A stretch of 58,509 nucleotides of DNA from a virus (Duplodnaviria > Caudoviricetes). The notes beneath the pieces were generated by a model. That model was not told where the DNA came from, ran no database searches, and was given only the letters and a program-made list of their open reading frames with translations. Location of the stretch: positions 1 to 58,509 of the IMG/VR virus record IMGVR_UViG_3300005611_000027; one strand, 5' to 3'. Below are positions 54,142-58,509 of this stretch, in pieces. Each line of letters opens with the position of its first letter. Position 1 is the first letter of the stretch. The position numbers and the translations under genes were made by a program.

Positions 54142-55026
54142 ATGACTGATGAAAATGTGATTGAGAATGATGACGCGCCGGATGACGCGGACATCGAGAT
54201 AGAGGTTGAGGAGGAAGACTCCCCAGACTCCTCTCTAGCCGCCGAGTCGGACGATTCTGACGACCGTTTTGACAAGGCTGAAAGCGCAGTGCAGAAGCGT
54301 ATTGATCGCTTGACCAAGAAGATGCGGTCTGCCGAACGTGAGCGCGAAGAGGCGCTTAGCTATGCTCGTCAGGTGCAGAGCGAAGCAGAGCAGCTTCGTC
54401 AGCGCATGGATGCTCTGGACAACAACTATGTTCAGGAATACAGCAGCCGCGTCGAGACACAGGTCGCAACCGCCGAGCAGGAATTAGCTCGTGCCATTGA
54501 TCTTGGCGATACGAACGGCGTTATCGAGGCCCAGCGTAAGCTTACGTCTTTGGCTTTAGAGAACGACCGCGCCAAACAAGCCAAGATGCAGCAGGACCGT
54601 CTTCGGCAGCAGGCGGAACAGCAGTCACGGATGGCGGCTGCACAGCCGCAACAGCAGCGTCCGCAGGCAAAACGCCCTGATCCGCAGGCGGAGCAGTGGG
54701 CGTCTCGAAACGCTTGGTTTGGTCAGGATGAGGCGATGACTTACGCTGCCTTCGGAATCCATAAGAAGTTGGTGGAAGAAGAGGGATTTGACCCAAGAAG
54801 CAATGATTACTATAATGAGTTAGACAGGCGTATGGCGGACGAGTTCCCCCATAAGCTTAAATCTAACGGGGGAAGCAAACGGCCCGCACAGACGGTTGCT
54901 TCTGTATCCCGCGGAAGTTCTGGGCGCAGTAGTGGGAAGAAGGTTAGACTCACCCCTAGCCAAGTCGCGATAGCGAAGAAATTGGGTGTGCCGATTGAAG
55001 AATACGCGAAATACGTGAAGGAGTAA
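54142..55026 (+). CDS. Capsid scaffolding protein
   Basis: Acidic coiled coil; WA..N.WFG; C-terminal LTPSQVAIAKKLGVP.EEYAK. Confidence 0.8.
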   Translation: MTDENVIENDDAPDDADIEIEVEEEDSPDSSLAAESDDSDDRFDKAESAVQKRIDRLTKKMRSAEREREEALSYARQVQSEAEQLRQRMDALDNNYVQEYSSRVETQVATAEQELARAIDLGDTNGVIEAQRKLTSLALENDRAKQAKMQQDRLRQQAEQQSRMAAAQPQQQRPQAKRPDPQAEQWASRNAWFGQDEAMTYAAFGIHKKLVEEEGFDPRSNDYYNELDRRMADEFPHKLKSNGGSKRPAQTVASVSRGSSGRSSGKKVRLTPSQVAIAKKLGVPIEEYAKYVKE

Positions 55027-55029
55027 GCT

Positions 55030-55518
55030 ATGTCTGAAGTTGAAAACGAAGTTGAGACCTCGGTAAAGCGCACCTCCCGCACGCGAGAAACCCGGAGTGC
55101 TACGGAACGGCGTAAGCCGTGGGCTCCACCGTCCATGTTGGACGCACCGCCCGCCCCGGACGGTTACAAGCATCGCTGGATCCGAGCGGAGACGCGTGGC
55201 TTTGATGATCGAAAGAACATCAGCGCCAAGCTCCGTGAAGGCTGGGAACTTGTACGTCAGGATGAATACCCGGACTTTGAAGCTCCGGTAATCGAATCGG
55301 GTAAATACGAAGGTGTGTTTGGTGTGGGTGGCTTGCTTCTTGCCCGCATGCCGGTTGAGACGATTGCAGAACGGAACGAGTATTTCCGCCAGCGGAATGC
55401 CGACCAGATGCAGGCTGTTGATTCTGACATGATGCGCGAGAATGCACATTCAACGATGACGATTAGCAAGCCTGATCGTCAATCTCGTGTAACCTTCGGC
55501 GGCCCACGCAAGGCGTGA
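55030..55518 (+). CDS. Conserved head-module protein
   Basis: W.PPS.LDAP.AP.G..HRWIR...REGWE.VR...GGLLLAR. Confidence 0.75.
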   Translation: MSEVENEVETSVKRTSRTRETRSATERRKPWAPPSMLDAPPAPDGYKHRWIRAETRGFDDRKNISAKLREGWELVRQDEYPDFEAPVIESGKYEGVFGVGGLLLARMPVETIAERNEYFRQRNADQMQAVDSDMMRENAHSTMTISKPDRQSRVTFGGPRKA

Positions 55519-55542
55519 CCGCCCCTTTAGGAGAAACCTACT

Positions 55543-56193
55543 ATGGCAAATCAGGAAACTGCCTACGGTCTTCGTCCTATCGGGCTTGTTGGTAGCGGTG
55601 CTAACTCGACTGGTGTGACCCAGTACGAGATCGCTTCTAACAACACCAATGCGATCTTCCAGTATTCGATTTGCGTGCCGACTTCGGCAGGCGTTATCGA
55701 TCAGGCGGGTGCCACAGACGGTGGTACTACGCAGGCGCTTGGTGTCCTGATGGGCGTGGAGTATCAGGACTCGGTTCAAAAAAAGCCGGTCTTCCTTAAC
55801 TACTGGCCCGGTTCGGGCAGCGTAAGCGTTGACACCAACTATCCGGTGAAGGCGTTTGTTGCTGACAACCCCAACCAGCTCTTCAAGGTTGCCTCTGACG
55901 CATCCCTGACCAACCGTGCAACGGCTCTGGCGGCAGTATTCGCCAACGCTTCGCTCGGTACGTCTGCCCGCACGGGTAGCACGGACACGGGTTCCGCCAA
56001 TGGCGCTCTGAGCGTTTCTTCGATTGCGACTACGGCTACTCTGCCGCTGCGTATCGTTGGTATCCTCGATGACGAGGCTAACAGCGACTACACTGCTGCT
56101 GGTATCCCGCTGATCGTTCGACTGAATGCTCATTTTAATTCGGGTACGCGACGGTTTGATTCTCAGACCACCGCTGACTCGACCGGCATTTAG
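55543..56193 (+). CDS. Capsid decoration / cement protein
   Basis: MAN....YGLRP; position directly before major capsid gene. Confidence 0.65.
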   Translation: MANQETAYGLRPIGLVGSGANSTGVTQYEIASNNTNAIFQYSICVPTSAGVIDQAGATDGGTTQALGVLMGVEYQDSVQKKPVFLNYWPGSGSVSVDTNYPVKAFVADNPNQLFKVASDASLTNRATALAAVFANASLGTSARTGSTDTGSANGALSVSSIATTATLPLRIVGILDDEANSDYTAAGIPLIVRLNAHFNSGTRRFDSQTTADSTGI

Positions 56194-56205
56194 GAGGGTA
56201 ATTAA

Positions 56206-57114
56206 ATGGCTATTTCTCGCGCACAGCTTGCGAAAGAGCTAGAACCCGGCCTGAATGCACTGTTCGGGCTGGAATATGATCGTTACGAGAACGAGCATGC
56301 CGAAATCTTCGAAGAGGAGTCCTCGGACCGCGCCTTCGAAGAAGAGGTGATGCTCGGTGGATTCGGCACTGCGCCGGTCAAGGGTGAAGGCACTGCCATC
56401 AACTTTGACGACGCGCAGGAGACCTACACTGCTCGGTATACGCACGAGACCATCGCGCTGGCCTTCTCCATCACGGAAGAAGCCATCGAAGACAATCTTT
56501 ATGATCGTCTGGCCTCGCGCTACACCAAGGCTCTGGCCCGCTCTATGGCCCAGACCAAGCAGATCAAGGCTGCGTCCATCCTCAACAACGCCTTCAGCAC
56601 GTCCTTCCCGGTTGGCGATGGCGCGGCGCTTTGCTCGTCCGCTCACCCCAGCCTGTCGGGCAACCAGCGCAACCAGCTTTCTGTTGCTTCGGATCTCAAT
56701 GAGACCTCGCTTGAGCAGATGCTGATTGACATTGCTGGGCTGACTGACGAGCGCGGTCTGAAGATCGCCGTTCGTGGCATGAAGCTCATCATTCCGAAAG
56801 AGCTTCAGTTCATTGCCGAGCGTGTTATCAACTCGAACCTGCGTTCGGGCACGGCGGATAACGACACGAACGCCATGAAGTCGATGGGCATGCTTCCGGA
56901 AGGTGCGGTGGTCAACCACTTCCTCACCGACACGGATGCGTTCTTCATCAAAACTGACGCACCGAACGGTTTCAAGTACTTCAATCGCTCTCCGATCAAG
57001 ACGGCGATGGAAGGCGACTTCGACACCGGCAACATGCGGTTCAAGGCCCGTGAGCGTTACAGCTTCGGCGTCTCGGACTGGCGTGCGGTCTTCGGTACTG
57101 CTGGCGCTGCGTAA
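56206..57114 (+). CDS. Major capsid protein
   Basis: MAISRAQLAKELEPGLNALFGLEY...KARERYSFG.SDWR; strong RBS and codon bias. Confidence 0.92.
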   Translation: MAISRAQLAKELEPGLNALFGLEYDRYENEHAEIFEEESSDRAFEEEVMLGGFGTAPVKGEGTAINFDDAQETYTARYTHETIALAFSITEEAIEDNLYDRLASRYTKALARSMAQTKQIKAASILNNAFSTSFPVGDGAALCSSAHPSLSGNQRNQLSVASDLNETSLEQMLIDIAGLTDERGLKIAVRGMKLIIPKELQFIAERVINSNLRSGTADNDTNAMKSMGMLPEGAVVNHFLTDTDAFFIKTDAPNGFKYFNRSPIKTAMEGDFDTGNMRFKARERYSFGVSDWRAVFGTAGAA

Positions 57115-57137
57115 TTGCAGAGCCTGTAGACTTTTGG

Positions 57138-57169
57138 AAGGGCGGCCTTGTGCCGCCCTTTCTTTTTTT
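57138..57169 (+). terminator. Intrinsic terminator after capsid gene
   Basis: AAGGGCGGC-CTTGT-GCCGCCCTT-TCTTTTTTT. Confidence 0.88.
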
Positions 57170-57232
57170 GTAAGATGAGTCTTACCTGACAACCGAACAA
57201 ACGGTTGACCCCAGCCACGACAGGAGAATGAC

Positions 57233-57742
57233 ATGGCTAATACGACCTTCACGGGCCCGGTGCGCTCGGAAAATGGATTTAAGTCCATTAGCAAAAGCTC
57301 CACCACAGGAGCGGTCACCGAAATTTCCACCTACGGCGGCGCTCCGGTTGCTTTGAGCGACGGCGACGTAACCCTTACCAATGCAACGCACAGCGGGCGT
57401 GTTCTCGTTGTTCCCGACGGTGGTCAGGACAACACCTACACCCTTCCGAGCCCTGTTGCCGGTTCTAATTTTGTGTTTGTTTACGGTGGTGCGGCGGCAG
57501 ACGCCACAGACTTCATCGTAGACTCAGGTTCCGATACCAACTATTTCATTGGCAATGTCGCATTTAACGACACTGACGATGGCGCTGCTTCTGTTGTTTT
57601 TTCTGACGGCAACTCCAACAGCAAGCTTCAGGTCAATGTGCCGGGTTCTGCGGTCGTGAACATCGTGGCTAAAGACGACACTAATTGGTACGTTTGGGGT
57701 TCTGTTACCGGGGCTACTGCGCCTGCGTTCTCCGATCAGTAA
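57233..57742 (+). CDS. Minor capsid / head fibre protein
   Basis: MANTTFTGPVRSENGF N-terminus; beta-rich. Confidence 0.65.
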   Translation: MANTTFTGPVRSENGFKSISKSSTTGAVTEISTYGGAPVALSDGDVTLTNATHSGRVLVVPDGGQDNTYTLPSPVAGSNFVFVYGGAAADATDFIVDSGSDTNYFIGNVAFNDTDDGAASVVFSDGNSNSKLQVNVPGSAVVNIVAKDDTNWYVWGSVTGATAPAFSDQ

Positions 57743-57755
57743 GAGAGGATAAACA

Positions 57756-58160
57756 ATGGCTGATGCGGTAACATCCCAGACTCTCGCCGATGGTCCTAAA
57801 TATGCGGTGATGAAATTCACCAATGTTTCTGACGGAACTGGCGAGAGCGCTGTAACTAAAGTGGATGTATCCGCTCTTGCTTCTAGCGCGGATGGCGACG
57901 CCTGTTCTGGCGTCGTCATTGAGCGTATCTGGTGGCAATGCATTGGTATGAAGGTGCAGATCCTTTGGGATGCCACCTCCGACCAGTTCTGCATTGAGCT
58001 AGGCGAGAACCAGAGCGGGAACCACGACTATACCATATTCGGCGGACTTACTAATAACGCCGGTGCTGGTAAAAATGGTGATGTCAAGTTTACGACTGTT
58101 GGGGCCACGGCTGCCGACACGTACACTGTTATCCTTTATCTGCGTAAGCAGTTTAATTAG
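57756..58160 (+). CDS. Virion structural protein
   Basis: MADAVTSQT..DG...KFTNVSDGTGESAV.KVDVSAL. Confidence 0.7.
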   Translation: MADAVTSQTLADGPKYAVMKFTNVSDGTGESAVTKVDVSALASSADGDACSGVVIERIWWQCIGMKVQILWDATSDQFCIELGENQSGNHDYTIFGGLTNNAGAGKNGDVKFTTVGATAADTYTVILYLRKQFN

Positions 58161-58171
58161 GAGGCATTCGA

Positions 58172-58509
58172 ATGGCTCGTGAAGTAAGTTCCATATCTCG
58201 CGTTGGGACAAGCGAGCCATTTGAGCTCCAAGCTTCTCGCAGCCAGATCTCCTACCATAATACCCTGTTCAAGTACGGGTACAACCCTGCAATTCTGAAC
58301 GTCGAAGAAACCATTTGGGATGCGGGCGGCGTCTACGCTTATCCCGGATCCGCGGTGGCCATGACGGCTACTTCGGCCAGTGGTGCGACGGACTCGGGCG
58401 TTACCGTCCTGATTTCTGGATTGGATGCTAGCTATAACGAGCTAGAGGAAGAAGTCACCCTAAACGCCAGCGGGACAGCCACAACAACGGGTCTGTTTCT
58501 TCGCGTCTT
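58172..58509 (+). CDS. N-terminal part of virion protein, truncated by window edge
   Basis: AGGAGG RBS; MAREVSSISRVGTSEPFELQ...FKYGYN...ETIW; open to the end. Confidence 0.75.
   Translation, partial: MAREVSSISRVGTSEPFELQASRSQISYHNTLFKYGYNPAILNVEETIWDAGGVYAYPGSAVAMTATSASGATDSGVTVLISGLDASYNELEEEVTLNASGTATTTGLFLRV

Larger units (their letters stand above)
1..58509. mobile_element. Near-complete podovirus-like phage genome, circularly permuted (HTVC023P/CRP-345-like organisation)
   Basis: TerS/TerL, portal, major capsid, scaffold, GroES, adaptor/nozzle, ejection proteins, PolA, helicases, holin/lysozyme; the two window ends look like halves of one gene. Confidence 0.93.

Noticed and set aside
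50805-57330. Long antisense ORFs (e.g. 50805-51812, 56239-57330; also 9253-10314)
   Set aside because: Shadows of codon-biased plus-strand genes with no recognisable motifs.
1-58509. tRNA genes, integrase/att, diversity-generating retroelement
   Set aside because: No cloverleaf, recombinase motif or reverse transcriptase seen by eye; tRNAscan and HMM searches were not run.

Overview
The window is an almost complete, circularly permuted genome (about 58.5 kb) of a podovirus-type dsDNA phage. The gene cut at the right edge (58172-end) appears to continue, after a short missing stretch, at 1-195. Gene content and order resemble the marine HTVC023P/CRP-345-type group; this comes from recall, not a search. 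An alphaproteobacterial host is inferred. Modules: tail, adaptor and ejection genes (1-22.9 kb); replication (SNF2 helicase, primase, UvrD, Leu762 PolA; 22.9-31.2 kb); an accessory region (31.2-40.7 kb); terS and terL separated by a GC-rich island of promoter-RBS-gene-terminator cassettes (41-46 kb); then portal, lysis, GroES, scaffold and capsid genes (46-58.5 kb). No integrase, tRNA or CRISPR was seen. Most notable observations: (1) a free-standing ~85-nt candidate sRNA (33341-33426) whose segments are exact complements of the ribosome-binding leaders shared by the cassette genes, plus a second anti-leader tract at 42490; (2) a perfect chromosomal parS palindrome just upstream of terL in a phage with no ParA/ParB; (3) an HlyC-type lysine acyltransferase next to the ejection proteins; (4) a recurrent xxxGG motif in putative capsid cargo proteins, including a signal-less beta-barrel-like protein; (5) strong local CTCGAG enrichment and a polylinker-like tandem repeat. 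Product calls come from motif recognition and synteny only.
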